This document shows positions 29,682 through 38,126 of a stretch of DNA of 58,398 bases, piece by piece. Numbering within the stretch: position 1 is the stretch's first letter; every line of letters begins with the position of its first letter. The stretch comes from a virus. Its lineage: Duplodnaviria; Caudoviricetes. Both the position numbers and the translations under genes were made by a program. The stretch is from the IMG/VR virus record IMGVR_UViG_3300022928_000003, positions 1 through 58,398 of that record, one strand, 5' to 3'. The notes beneath the pieces are model-generated. The model was not told the origin of the DNA. It did no database searches and worked only from the letters and a program-made list of their open reading frames with translations.

Positions 29682-29710
29682 TATATAGCAATGATTGCCA
29701 CATGTGTCAA
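29682..29710 (-). promoter_or_regulatory. sigma70 early promoter with operator GCAATCATTGC
   Basis: TTGACA-17 nt-TATATA. Confidence 0.75.
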
Positions 29711-29743
29711 CAGATAAAATAATTTTTTTTTATTTTTATTTAC

Positions 29744-29776
29744 TTGACAGGATTAGCAACAGTTACTATATATAAT
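29744..29776 (+). promoter_or_regulatory. Divergent sigma70 promoter with operator variant GCAACAGTTAC
   Basis: TTGACA-17 nt-TATATA(TAAT). Confidence 0.7.
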
Positions 29777-29778
29777 AC

Positions 29779-29854
29779 ATCAAGCATTTAAATATCCTTT
29801 GTTTAATTGTAAAAGTAAAAAGAGCAGGTTTTGGTTTTCCTGCTCTTTTTTTTT
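29779..29854 (+). ncRNA. Candidate ~75-nt small RNA
   Basis: Strong promoter, no ORF, intrinsic terminator GAGCAGG/CCTGCTC+T9; 5' part complementary to early-gene SD/AUG regions. Confidence 0.5.
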
Positions 29855-30240
29855 GCGCAGCCTCCAGGGAACCTGCCCGAACAATTGTTCATGCGCAGCA
29901 GGAACGCCTGGAGCTGCAGGTGAAGGTTTCCGAACAATTGTTCCAGCAAGCAGGTCAGGCAGCCAGGCGAAACTCCGATCCTTCCAGGCTGCAGGGCTTC
30001 TTTTTCCGAACAATTGTTCACGCAGGAGGCTGTCCAGCCAGGTAGATCCCGATAACGCTGCTGGATCCAGGGATAACCTGCTGCCGTTCCGAACAATTGT
30101 ACGATCCCCGCTGCTGGAGAAGCCCGATCCCGTTCCGATTCAGGGGGGGGTGACCTTCCTGAAGCCGAACAATTCTCCCGATTACGCCCAAATCCAGCCC
30201 CGATCACCCCGATCCCGCTGCGAGTCCGAACAATTCTTCG
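29855..30240. repeat. GC-rich array of six CGAACAATT(GTTC) sites with CCWGG/GCWGC/CCGATC-rich spacers
   Basis: Sites at 29878, 29931, 30007, 30090, 30166, 30227. Confidence 0.8.
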
Positions 30241-30274
30241 GTCTCCGTGCCTACACCCTGTCTAAGTAAATATG

Positions 30275-30802
30275 CTAGTTTTTGGGTTTTACGCTACTTT
30301 GTTCTATCAAGTCTGGGTCTTTATGGGATTTGTTCGCTATTTTCATGCGTTTCTGCGCAATGTCTTGAAATTCCTGTAGTTTTGACAATATTTCCTCCCT
30401 TGTCATGCTATCTGTTCGTTCATGTAGCACATGAGCCTTGTTTACAAGCAGTCCAGTAGCTTTTAAACGCAGTTCCTCAGCTCTGATAGCCTCACCAAAC
30501 TTCCCGCTCTCCCACGCCTCGTTACGAATCTTCAACAAATCCCGCACCGACTTATCAATTGTGACCCCGAAGCGACTACGGGCTTCCTCACGCATTTCCT
30601 GATATCTTTCCTGCACGACTGGGTTACGCAACAACCTCACAGCATCGACTCCAGGGTTTGCGTATCCCGCTGCTCTAGCAGCCGATGTCTGCGTCATATC
30701 CTTGTGCATAAAGTTATTCAGAAAATCTTGCTGTTTGTCAGTCAATCTTTTCCATCCAGCTAATCGCTGTTCCTTCGTTAAATTCTCAGCTACTTTTGGC
30801 AT
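30275..30802 (-). CDS. terS: Terminase small subunit
   Basis: LTDKQQDF...TQTSAARAAGYA....AVRLLRNPVV HTH pattern. Confidence 0.8.
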   Translation of the reverse strand: MPKVAENLTKEQRLAGWKRLTDKQQDFLNNFMHKDMTQTSAARAAGYANPGVDAVRLLRNPVVQERYQEMREEARSRFGVTIDKSVRDLLKIRNEAWESGKFGEAIRAEELRLKATGLLVNKAHVLHERTDSMTREEILSKLQEFQDIAQKRMKIANKSHKDPDLIEQSSVKPKN

Positions 30803-30857
30803 TACTTTTTCTCCTGTCTAATTTCATCCAAATCTTTGTTAATTTAATAGGGTTGGT

Positions 30858-31071
30858 GGGCGGGTTACTTACCGCCCCCTAAACCCCCCTTTAGGGGGGA
30901 AGTTCGGTAAGTTGGTAAGTAGCCATAAAAATCAATGACTTAGAGCAAAAAACTAACTTACCATGATAAGAAGTAACCTCCGTAAGTTGCTTCAAAAAAC
31001 CGAACAATTTCAATGACTTACTACTTACCGTCATTTTTACTTACCGAGTAAGTTGGTAAGTGGTAAGTAAA
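30858..31071. repeat. Origin-like/packaging control region with ACTTACC iterons, hairpins and two IHF-like sites
   Basis: About ten ACTTAC(C)/GTAAGT copies in both orientations; GGGCGG..CCGCCC and CCCCCT..AGGGGG inverted repeats; AATCAATGACTTA 30930, TTTCAATGACTTA 31008. Confidence 0.6.
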
Positions 31072-31371
31072 TCACTCATAAAGCACCACAATTTTGGGGT
31101 CATCTGTCTGTTTATAGAACGTACCATTTAAGGTACAAGAGTAGCCCAAATACTCCATCATTTCGGCATAGTTCCGATAACATTCAGGGCATGAAGTTAA
31201 TTCATAAGAGCAATTCATATGATGCAAAACCGATGCGTTTAATTTTTGGGATATACCTTTTTCTGTAGCGCAGCCTAGACAAATTGTTCGGTTATTCATC
31301 ACCAGCTCCATTCCGATAATAATTTTTTCTTTACACTGCGAACAATTCTTCTGTTTTTTATTAGCCATCAT
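31072..31371 (-). CDS. Cys-rich (zinc-finger-like) hypothetical protein
   Basis: CxxC motifs (CSQC, CLGC, CPEC). Confidence 0.55.
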   Translation of the reverse strand: MMANKKQKNCSQCKEKIIIGMELVMNNRTICLGCATEKGISQKLNASVLHHMNCSYELTSCPECYRNYAEMMEYLGYSCTLNGTFYKQTDDPKIVVLYE

Positions 31372-31598
31372 ACGCCTCCTATGCAACTAGCCATAATTTT
31401 GTGATCTATTGGCTCTTCGCCAAAATTATCAAATATAGCGCCTTCAATGAGCAATTCGCTTTTAACTATATCGGCACGACATTGATTCATAGTCGCATAT
31501 TGCACTTGGCTTTGGTGAATGATACACTTCTGTTCACCGTCATCATGGTGACTAACATCTGCCCATACGACACATATTAATACGAACATTTTAACCAT
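31368..31598 (-). CDS. Hypothetical protein
   Basis: Coupled ORF with MFVLIC start region. Confidence 0.5.
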   Translation of the reverse strand: MVKMFVLICVVWADVSHHDDGEQKCIIHQSQVQYATMNQCRADIVKSELLIEGAIFDNFGEEPIDHKIMASCIGGV

Positions 31599-31701
31599 CG
31601 CTCTTATCTTCTTCTTTACAACGATCACATTGATCTTTTGGATAAGGTGGTTCTTCTGCCCAAAATATTTCGTTACAATCTATACATTCATACTCGCCCA
31701 T
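31591..31701 (-). CDS. 36-aa zinc-ribbon peptide
   Basis: MGEYECIDC...QCDRC; GGAGG RBS; read manually. Confidence 0.5.
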   Translation of the reverse strand: MGEYECIDCNEIFWAEEPPYPKDQCDRCKEEDKSDG

Positions 31702-31827
31702 TTATTCCTCCTTAATTTCCCGAACAATTCTTCGTTTTGTTCGCTGGCGCTCTTTAGCCTTAGCAGATTTTTTGAGAGATTTTTCCCATGATCTGCTAGT
31801 GCTATGAATTTTTGCTCGCTTTACCAT
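31702..31827 (-). CDS. 41-aa basic peptide
   Basis: Read manually; stop abuts the next ATG. Confidence 0.4.
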   Translation of the reverse strand: MVKRAKIHSTSRSWEKSLKKSAKAKERQRTKRRIVREIKEE

Positions 31828-31920
31828 TTTTTTATTTTGTACAAAGCCCGAACAATTTTATCTATAAAGGTAATTTTGTACGGAGTGGCTTGTTGAATAT
31901 GTATTTTTATAAATTTTTCA

Positions 31921-32331
31921 TTAAGCAATTTGTCGCTCCTCATCTCTTGTTGTTGGGTTCCACTTGTGTTGAATTTCATCGATTTCAGATTGACTAACAC
32001 CATATGAACGTAGCGCTTTAGCCATGACCCGATCCGCAGTATCTGTCCATACAATCGCATGTAACATTGCCCAAATCCATGCACCAATTTCTTTCTCCTT
32101 TGTTGTGTTATTACGAGATTGATTACCGCCAAGTATATGCCCGATTTCATGTAAGGCAGACACATAATACCCCGTATTCTTAGTCGGTCTAATGGTTATA
32201 TGTCGCCTAGATGGAATAGCAGAATACCTAGGATTAGTTTCTGTTAGCGATTGATAACTTACAGTTATGTTCTCTAATGCGGCTAACTCTTGGATATGTA
32301 ATGCCATATCTATTCTTTTAACTAATATCAT
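31921..32331 (-). CDS. Zincin-like HExxH protein (ImmA/IrrE-like metallopeptidase fold)
   Basis: SALHEIGH...EKEIGAW. Confidence 0.6.
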   Translation of the reverse strand: MILVKRIDMALHIQELAALENITVSYQSLTETNPRYSAIPSRRHITIRPTKNTGYYVSALHEIGHILGGNQSRNNTTKEKEIGAWIWAMLHAIVWTDTADRVMAKALRSYGVSQSEIDEIQHKWNPTTRDEERQIA

Positions 32332-32516
32332 GGTTGTAACCTCTGAAAATTAAGTTCTTGTTGAAATTCATTCAACAAATCTTTTGCATGTTCTACATAC
32401 ATATCAACACCAAACTTGATCTTGACTTGCTTTAATACTTGCTCGTTTGTGTAGTCCTGCAACTGCTCACCTACGAACAATTCTACTTCAAGTAGTTTGT
32501 CAGATAGTCTACTCAT
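32328..32516 (-). CDS. Hypothetical protein
   Basis: Coupled ORF. Confidence 0.5.
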   Translation of the reverse strand: MSRLSDKLLEVELFVGEQLQDYTNEQVLKQVKIKFGVDMYVEHAKDLLNEFQQELNFQRLQP

Positions 32517-32754
32517 AATAATCACCATTACTTATGTCAAACTCATGTCTTATTTTCCACATAGCAGTATTCATGTCTCGTATGTCAGATAAATAAATAT
32601 CTTCCATGTCTTGAATGTTTCCTAAGACAGTTACTAAAGATTGATGAGCTAATTTAATAGCTTCTTTTTGTTCAGAAGACAAAGCCTTCAATCCATTCTT
32701 TCTGTTGATTTTAATTTTTTCTTGTTCTAATTCCCATTCTGTTTTTTTAGTCAT
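32509..32754 (-). CDS. Hypothetical protein
   Basis: AAGGAAGG RBS; IYLSDIR motif. Confidence 0.55.
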   Translation of the reverse strand: MTKKTEWELEQEKIKINRKNGLKALSSEQKEAIKLAHQSLVTVLGNIQDMEDIYLSDIRDMNTAMWKIRHEFDISNGDYYE

Positions 32755-32818
32755 CTTACTTTCCTTCCTTTGCTAGTTAAGATAGTTCTCTATAGTTACT
32801 ATAGTATTCAATACCATG

Positions 32819-33934
32819 TCAAGCATCTTTTTTATTTAATACATAATCATGGACTATTTTGCCTAATTCAGCATTACCAACCTTTTGTTGCTCAATCCAA
32901 ATACGTTTAAGAACATCGCCTTTTTTATTTTTTAACACTCTCCAATGCCCTCGTCTCCAATGTTCCCGCTTTGGTGATCCTTGCCCCGTGAACATGCGAG
33001 AATAAACCCGTTTGCCCCTAGGCTTTGGTAAATTAATTGTAACGACTTTATATTCGTTTTTAGGCACTTTACGACCAAAGGCTATATGATCTATCTTTTT
33101 AGGCGGAACAACCGTCTCTGTGGCGATTAAATCGTAGTTTAACAACCCAAGTAATGCGATCATAAACCTCGCATCGCCTTCCATAACATTATAAGACACT
33201 TCCATAAATTGTCTCATTTCTGATTTATTCCAACCATAATCAAATTTTTCTTGGCTTATCATCCAGTGCATAGATGCAGTTTGTGTTGTAGTCACTCGTT
33301 GTCTAATTTGATCTAAATAGTATTTATCTTTTTTAGTTCCATTGTTCATATATTCTCCAACGTACCAACTGCCAAGATATGCAGATGTAGATTGCCATGA
33401 TGCCATGTTCCAATCTTTATCGCTCATAGGCTCTTCATTGTGTGCTGAGGCAGAAAATCTATCAAACGGTTTTTCGTTATCAATAGTAAATCCGATCTGC
33501 GGAGAGACCACATAACTTTTATTATCGGGTTCGTATTTAGTATATAAGGCATATATAAAATCATTATTATGTTTCATAATATGATAGCCAACGGGCATAA
33601 TTTGTTCATTTATTTCATAAGTTTTGCCATTTGATTCATGGATTTTCTTTAATAGTTCTTGACGATAAACTTCATCCCACTCAATCCATAAAGAATTAAA
33701 TGGCGGTATACCTCGCTCCAACATATTAAAAAGTATTTCGGGTTTTGACATGCTTGCTTGTACTGCATGCTCAATAAGACCTTTGCTTAATACAAATTTT
33801 TGAGCAGTAACAATTTCAGTTTGTATATTGCGTCTCATGCCCTCTGCATATTTACCGCCTTGCCATCCAAGTATATTTCTTTTGGCATCCCCAAGAGCGG
33901 TAATTAGTTCGTTTGCTAAAATTGGTTTGTCCAT
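32819..33934 (-). CDS. Conserved phage protein with C-terminal PKREHWRRGHWR motif
   Basis: 371-aa ORF with own promoter and AAGGAG RBS. Confidence 0.65.
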   Translation of the reverse strand: MDKPILANELITALGDAKRNILGWQGGKYAEGMRRNIQTEIVTAQKFVLSKGLIEHAVQASMSKPEILFNMLERGIPPFNSLWIEWDEVYRQELLKKIHESNGKTYEINEQIMPVGYHIMKHNNDFIYALYTKYEPDNKSYVVSPQIGFTIDNEKPFDRFSASAHNEEPMSDKDWNMASWQSTSAYLGSWYVGEYMNNGTKKDKYYLDQIRQRVTTTQTASMHWMISQEKFDYGWNKSEMRQFMEVSYNVMEGDARFMIALLGLLNYDLIATETVVPPKKIDHIAFGRKVPKNEYKVVTINLPKPRGKRVYSRMFTGQGSPKREHWRRGHWRVLKNKKGDVLKRIWIEQQKVGNAELGKIVHDYVLNKKDA

Positions 33935-33965
33935 AATTATCTCCTTACGATAGACCTATATAATC

Positions 33966-33994
33966 TATATATGTAATGATAACTACATTGTCAA
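33966..33994 (-). promoter_or_regulatory. sigma70 promoter with operator variant GTTATCATTAC
   Basis: TTGACA-17 nt-TATATA. Confidence 0.7.
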
Positions 33995-34001
33995 TGGTAA
34001 A

Positions 34002-34643
34002 TTATTCTTTTTTAGTTTTCCAAAAATATTCGTCAGTATCGCCTAGCCTTGTGTTGTTACCGTTTTCAACTTGGTACTCAACTGTGCTAACTTTAAAATC
34101 GGGAATTTTAGGCTTTTCAGGAGTTAGGCTATTATCATAGATTCTCATTCTATTGTTCGGATATAAACAATATTGTCCATTATTCAACTGCAACAAATTA
34201 AATGATTTATGTTCTTCAGGTATTTCACTGGTGCTGTAGTCGATTATGTCAGGTTGGTTATGATAATTGTCGAGTGTGCATATATATGTGCCTTTTACGA
34301 TACCAAAACTTCTTGTCAGGACTTCAAAATCCATACTTCCGATGAATTGTTTATGTATAGCGGTAACATTATAATCCATACAATTCCAAAACTGTAAATT
34401 AGGTAAATCCATATCAAGTTTAGGCGTAACTGGTTTTGATACAAATGCAGATATTGGTAGCTTATCAAACATAGCTCCATATTCAGGTAAGTATGTTTCA
34501 AAGTAAAAAGCTCGACCCGCTATAGACTTAGCTGTAATCCATATGCCTTTAACAAACTCTCCATGTCCATCTTGTAAATCTCTGAGGTATTCTTTTCTAA
34601 CCCAAATTTGTTCTGCTGGTAAATTGCATATCAGCTCTGGCAT
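34002..34643 (-). CDS. Conserved marine-phage hypothetical protein
   Basis: NLP...VRKEYL.D...GHGEF, LPISAF, LYPNNR motifs. Confidence 0.65.
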   Translation of the reverse strand: MPELICNLPAEQIWVRKEYLRDLQDGHGEFVKGIWITAKSIAGRAFYFETYLPEYGAMFDKLPISAFVSKPVTPKLDMDLPNLQFWNCMDYNVTAIHKQFIGSMDFEVLTRSFGIVKGTYICTLDNYHNQPDIIDYSTSEIPEEHKSFNLLQLNNGQYCLYPNNRMRIYDNSLTPEKPKIPDFKVSTVEYQVENGNNTRLGDTDEYFWKTKKE

Positions 34644-34936
34644 TACATGCTCTCATCATCAATGCTGCTAACAGGAGAATAATATGATCTGTCAGGAACT
34701 TTTGATACTTTACCGTATAATTGTTCGGTTTTTGCCCTGGGATCATCTTCAAATTTTTCATTCATTTCTAGTTCTTCAGGTGTCATTTTACTGTTTCTTT
34801 TTTGCAAATCTTTAAAAACTTTTTTAATTTCAGCATTACCAGCTTGTCTTTCATAATTGCAATTTACGCAAAACTTAGCTTTTTCATAACGCCCTATTTT
34901 CATTTTAACACCGCAGTTAATACATTTTTGCATCAT
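34643..34936 (-). CDS. Zinc-finger-containing hypothetical protein
   Basis: CINC...CVNC, FEDDPRA. Confidence 0.5.
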   Translation of the reverse strand: MMQKCINCGVKMKIGRYEKAKFCVNCNYERQAGNAEIKKVFKDLQKRNSKMTPEELEMNEKFEDDPRAKTEQLYGKVSKVPDRSYYSPVSSIDDESM

Positions 34937-35111
34937 CTTCCCCACCTGCTTTAAAGTAACTTTCATCTGGAACGCATACCCAGCAATGCCAATTCCATCC
35001 TCCATCAATAGAATACGAAGCTCCAGACTTGCCACAAATCGAACAATTATTCGGTTTTTGTTTTGTTTGCACAACTGGTTGCCAAGTTCTTCTTCGACTT
35101 TGTTCACTCAT
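34917..35111 (-). CDS. Small Cys-motif protein
   Basis: CSICG...HCWVC. Confidence 0.5.
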   Translation of the reverse strand: MSEQSRRRTWQPVVQTKQKPNNCSICGKSGASYSIDGGWNWHCWVCVPDESYFKAGGEDDAKMY

Positions 35112-35946
35112 TATCTTTCCTCCATTTTTCGTACAAAGCATTCATTGGCACATCTCTTTTAAGATACGGGTAAACCCGAACATTTTGACATTTCAATAAA
35201 TCCTTCAGCTTTTTTTTATCTCCAAATGTTAGAAAATATTTTAACTTTCTGCTACCTTTTTCAAATAAATATCCTTTATTAATAAAACTTTGTTTTTGTT
35301 CTTGGCTTGTAACGCCCAGTTTATTGGCGTATTTGTGTATTAACTTTGGATCAACACGCTTGCCATCTGGTCTAATTAGATAATTAACTGGAGATGTAAA
35401 TCCATAAAAATGCCAGTTCGTAGCCTGATATAATGTTCCGATCTCTCCCGCTTCAGGATCAGAATAAGCAATAACAAAGTTATACCCTTTCTTAATTAAA
35501 TGTTTCTTAGCTTGACCAATCATCCAACTACCTGAATGGGGGTGAGCATGACTGGCGCAAGCTCCTCTGACTAATACAATACCTAAATGTTTGTTATGAT
35601 CTCCGAACAATTCTGACAAAGCTCCTGTTCCAGCAGTCAAACCAAAACACATAACACCAACTAAATCATCATCACAGAACATACCTAGACTAAACTTTGT
35701 GGTTCCCATAGTACCCAGCCACTCATATTTTAGTATAAAATTTTGAGCCATTTTAAATGGTATTTCGTGCATTACAGCGTTTTTTATGCTTGATCTTGGT
35801 CTATTGTCATCTAAACTTTTTCGCAACTGGTATTGAAAACAAACTTCATCAAACTTCTTACCCCTGTATCCAACTGACCTGTTAGCCATTTTGTAACCTG
35901 TACGACTTTTCCACAAGTTTACATGATTAAACAAATCAAACTGCAT
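35104..35946 (-). CDS. Mom-family DNA adenine-modification enzyme (GNAT fold)
   Basis: A..FI..YE...LVGVMCFG...LVRGAC...IAYSDP..GE.GTLYQATNW.F.G pattern. Confidence 0.75.
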   Translation of the reverse strand: MQFDLFNHVNLWKSRTGYKMANRSVGYRGKKFDEVCFQYQLRKSLDDNRPRSSIKNAVMHEIPFKMAQNFILKYEWLGTMGTTKFSLGMFCDDDLVGVMCFGLTAGTGALSELFGDHNKHLGIVLVRGACASHAHPHSGSWMIGQAKKHLIKKGYNFVIAYSDPEAGEIGTLYQATNWHFYGFTSPVNYLIRPDGKRVDPKLIHKYANKLGVTSQEQKQSFINKGYLFEKGSRKLKYFLTFGDKKKLKDLLKCQNVRVYPYLKRDVPMNALYEKWRKDNE

Positions 35947-38126
35947 TATAAGTTCTCTGTTGCTGTACTAGCCTCATATTCGCCTCTGCTCATGTCTCCA
36001 TCTGTAGTTCCGAGCCATTTACGACCACCTGACCTACTAAAAGAGTACTTACCAATTCGTCCTTCTGCAATTAATTCCCGAACAATTCCATCAACCATTC
36101 TTTGTGTGCAGTTATCTAGAGTTCTTGGTGCATCAGTATCAGCAGACATACGTTGTAATATAGCATCTGCTCCCGATTGCTGTGTTAACGCTCTACCTTC
36201 CCGCTCACATGTAGCAATCCAAGCAAACAAGGCATCTTTCTTTATCTCCCGATTACTTCCAGAATGCAGTCTTGATATATCTTCCGATCTATCTTCCAAC
36301 AATCCAGAAAACATATCCCGAACAAAATGCCTTATATCACGCCTTGCAGGGCCATTTGACTTAACAACTGCGCCATCAAAGCATCTGTTTCTTTGATATT
36401 CGATACCTAAATCTTGGCAACGTCTACGACCAGTAGCCTCATCTACTTGCCATATAGCAAACGCACAACGTACACCATCAACTAATGCTGAAGTACCTCG
36501 AATCATATTCCTTGCTTGCTCTGGAGATGAAACTGCCACATCATCTTTAATCTTTGTCATGTGGTGACACATCATTACTGAAGCTCCAGTTTCTGTAGCC
36601 ACTTGTGCCAGTAATCCCGTTAGTGCTGCTCCTGCTGCTGGATCAGAATTTACATCTGCATGAACAAATGATGCTAATGGATCAAACACGATTAACTTTA
36701 AATTATTCATTTGTATAATTTGCTCGTATATCTTCTCAAACTCAACGCTAGTCTTGTATCCATCACTAGTCTCTTGCAGTATTGGAAACACACCACCAAC
36801 ATTAGGAAGGGATACAATTCTAATTTCATGTTCATAATCAAAACGAGAATTGTTCGGATCTAAACGCTCAATTCTCCTGTGCATTTCACCCTCATCATCC
36901 TCTGCCGTAAAGATAATTGTATTGCCAAACTCTGTAATATTATCCCCGAAGGCACTTGTCATGGGCTGACCACTTGATACCTTCATTGCCAAATCTAGTG
37001 TCATCATACCTTTACCCGCATCTCCCGCTGCTGAAAATATAATAGGCACACCTAATGGTAATGTGTCTCCGATTAAAAACTTTTGTTCAGGAGCTTCGCC
37101 CTGAAACCTTTTAATCAATAGGCTTTCATCCAGTAAGTTAATTGTTTTCTTTACATGCTTTATTGTTGTGTTGAGAAAGTTACCAATGTCAAAGTTTTCT
37201 GCAATGGCATCTGCTGCATCCCATCTTTCTGGTTTACCCGCTGGAGGAGTTAACATTGTTACTGATCTAGCACCCGCATTCATAGCTAAATCTTGTACTA
37301 ATTCAGCAACTTTCTTACCCGCTGTATCGTTGTCGGGCCATATTGTTAATTCTTTGCCATGCAACGGTGAGAAATCAAATTGACTAGCTGACTTACGAGA
37401 TAACATACCCGCTCCGCCCATAGTACATGTAGCTGTAAATCCCAGTTCATTAAGAGCATCAGCACACTTCTCGCCTTCTACCCATATAACTTTATCTGAA
37501 GCAGAAATGTTCGGTATGTTATACAATGGTCTAACATCAGGCATCTTAGGATATGGATTGTTTCCAGTAAACTGACGAAACTCTTTCTTAGGTTTACCGT
37601 GATCGTCCATAACGGGATTACCCGCACCATCTCTCATATTATATCGTCTGACTATACAAAGTATTTCCCCATCTGCATTTAAATACAAATGTTCGGTATC
37701 AAATGGCGTGTTCATTGTTATCTGTTGACGCAAAGATGGATTAATAATTGGTGGAGGAGCTTCCTGATCCCTGACAAAACTTGGAGAATCGTCCAAATAG
37801 TTTCCGAACAATTCTTTGATTTCAGGTAATCTCATGCCACGACCCTCCATCAATATCTTTACGATACCACCAATACCTGACGCACCGTTAAAGTCCTGTC
37901 CTTTCATAAAGTATGGTGATCTGGGATTTATATCTATTTTTAATGATTGCCCAGGCTCTCCAGATAATGATCCGATTGAGAATTGATCACCACGAATTAC
38001 ACCGTTTGGATATGTGTTTCTAAGCTCACTTATCTGTACTTCTGGTGGCACTTTTTGGCTAATTAATTCTACCAATTCATGTGAGTTCATATCACGATTT
38101 TTATTGCCAAGTCTTATTATAGTCAT
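35946..38126 (-). CDS. Primase (TOPRIM)-helicase (RepA/AAA_25) fusion
   Basis: RPLYN, VEGEKCAD, WPDND TOPRIM; GDAGKG, TAEDD, VFDPL, HHMTK, RGTSAL. Confidence 0.85.
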   Translation of the reverse strand: MTIIRLGNKNRDMNSHELVELISQKVPPEVQISELRNTYPNGVIRGDQFSIGSLSGEPGQSLKIDINPRSPYFMKGQDFNGASGIGGIVKILMEGRGMRLPEIKELFGNYLDDSPSFVRDQEAPPPIINPSLRQQITMNTPFDTEHLYLNADGEILCIVRRYNMRDGAGNPVMDDHGKPKKEFRQFTGNNPYPKMPDVRPLYNIPNISASDKVIWVEGEKCADALNELGFTATCTMGGAGMLSRKSASQFDFSPLHGKELTIWPDNDTAGKKVAELVQDLAMNAGARSVTMLTPPAGKPERWDAADAIAENFDIGNFLNTTIKHVKKTINLLDESLLIKRFQGEAPEQKFLIGDTLPLGVPIIFSAAGDAGKGMMTLDLAMKVSSGQPMTSAFGDNITEFGNTIIFTAEDDEGEMHRRIERLDPNNSRFDYEHEIRIVSLPNVGGVFPILQETSDGYKTSVEFEKIYEQIIQMNNLKLIVFDPLASFVHADVNSDPAAGAALTGLLAQVATETGASVMMCHHMTKIKDDVAVSSPEQARNMIRGTSALVDGVRCAFAIWQVDEATGRRRCQDLGIEYQRNRCFDGAVVKSNGPARRDIRHFVRDMFSGLLEDRSEDISRLHSGSNREIKKDALFAWIATCEREGRALTQQSGADAILQRMSADTDAPRTLDNCTQRMVDGIVRELIAEGRIGKYSFSRSGGRKWLGTTDGDMSRGEYEASTATENL

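Noticed and set aside
29878-30240. CRISPR array (repeat-spacer look, Cas4-like gene elsewhere)
   Set aside because: Repeats are only 9-14 bp, spacing is irregular (53-83 bp), spacers share low-complexity GC words rather than being unique, and no cas1/cas2/effector gene is present
29780-30269. ORFs 29780..30013, 29799..30269 and 29803..30207 (also 27616..27858, 28342..28643, 29086..29280)
   Set aside because: They are open only because the repeat blocks are GC-rich; translations just repeat NNCS/EQLF/TIVR from the palindrome, and they cross terminators
32790-32822. Promoter upstream of 32754 (TTGACA at 32822-32817)
   Set aside because: No good -10 at 16-18 nt and no operator, so it is not listed as a feature
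34643-35107. 154-aa version of this ORF
   Set aside because: The upstream part overlaps the better-supported 34917..35111 gene; the start was moved to 34936
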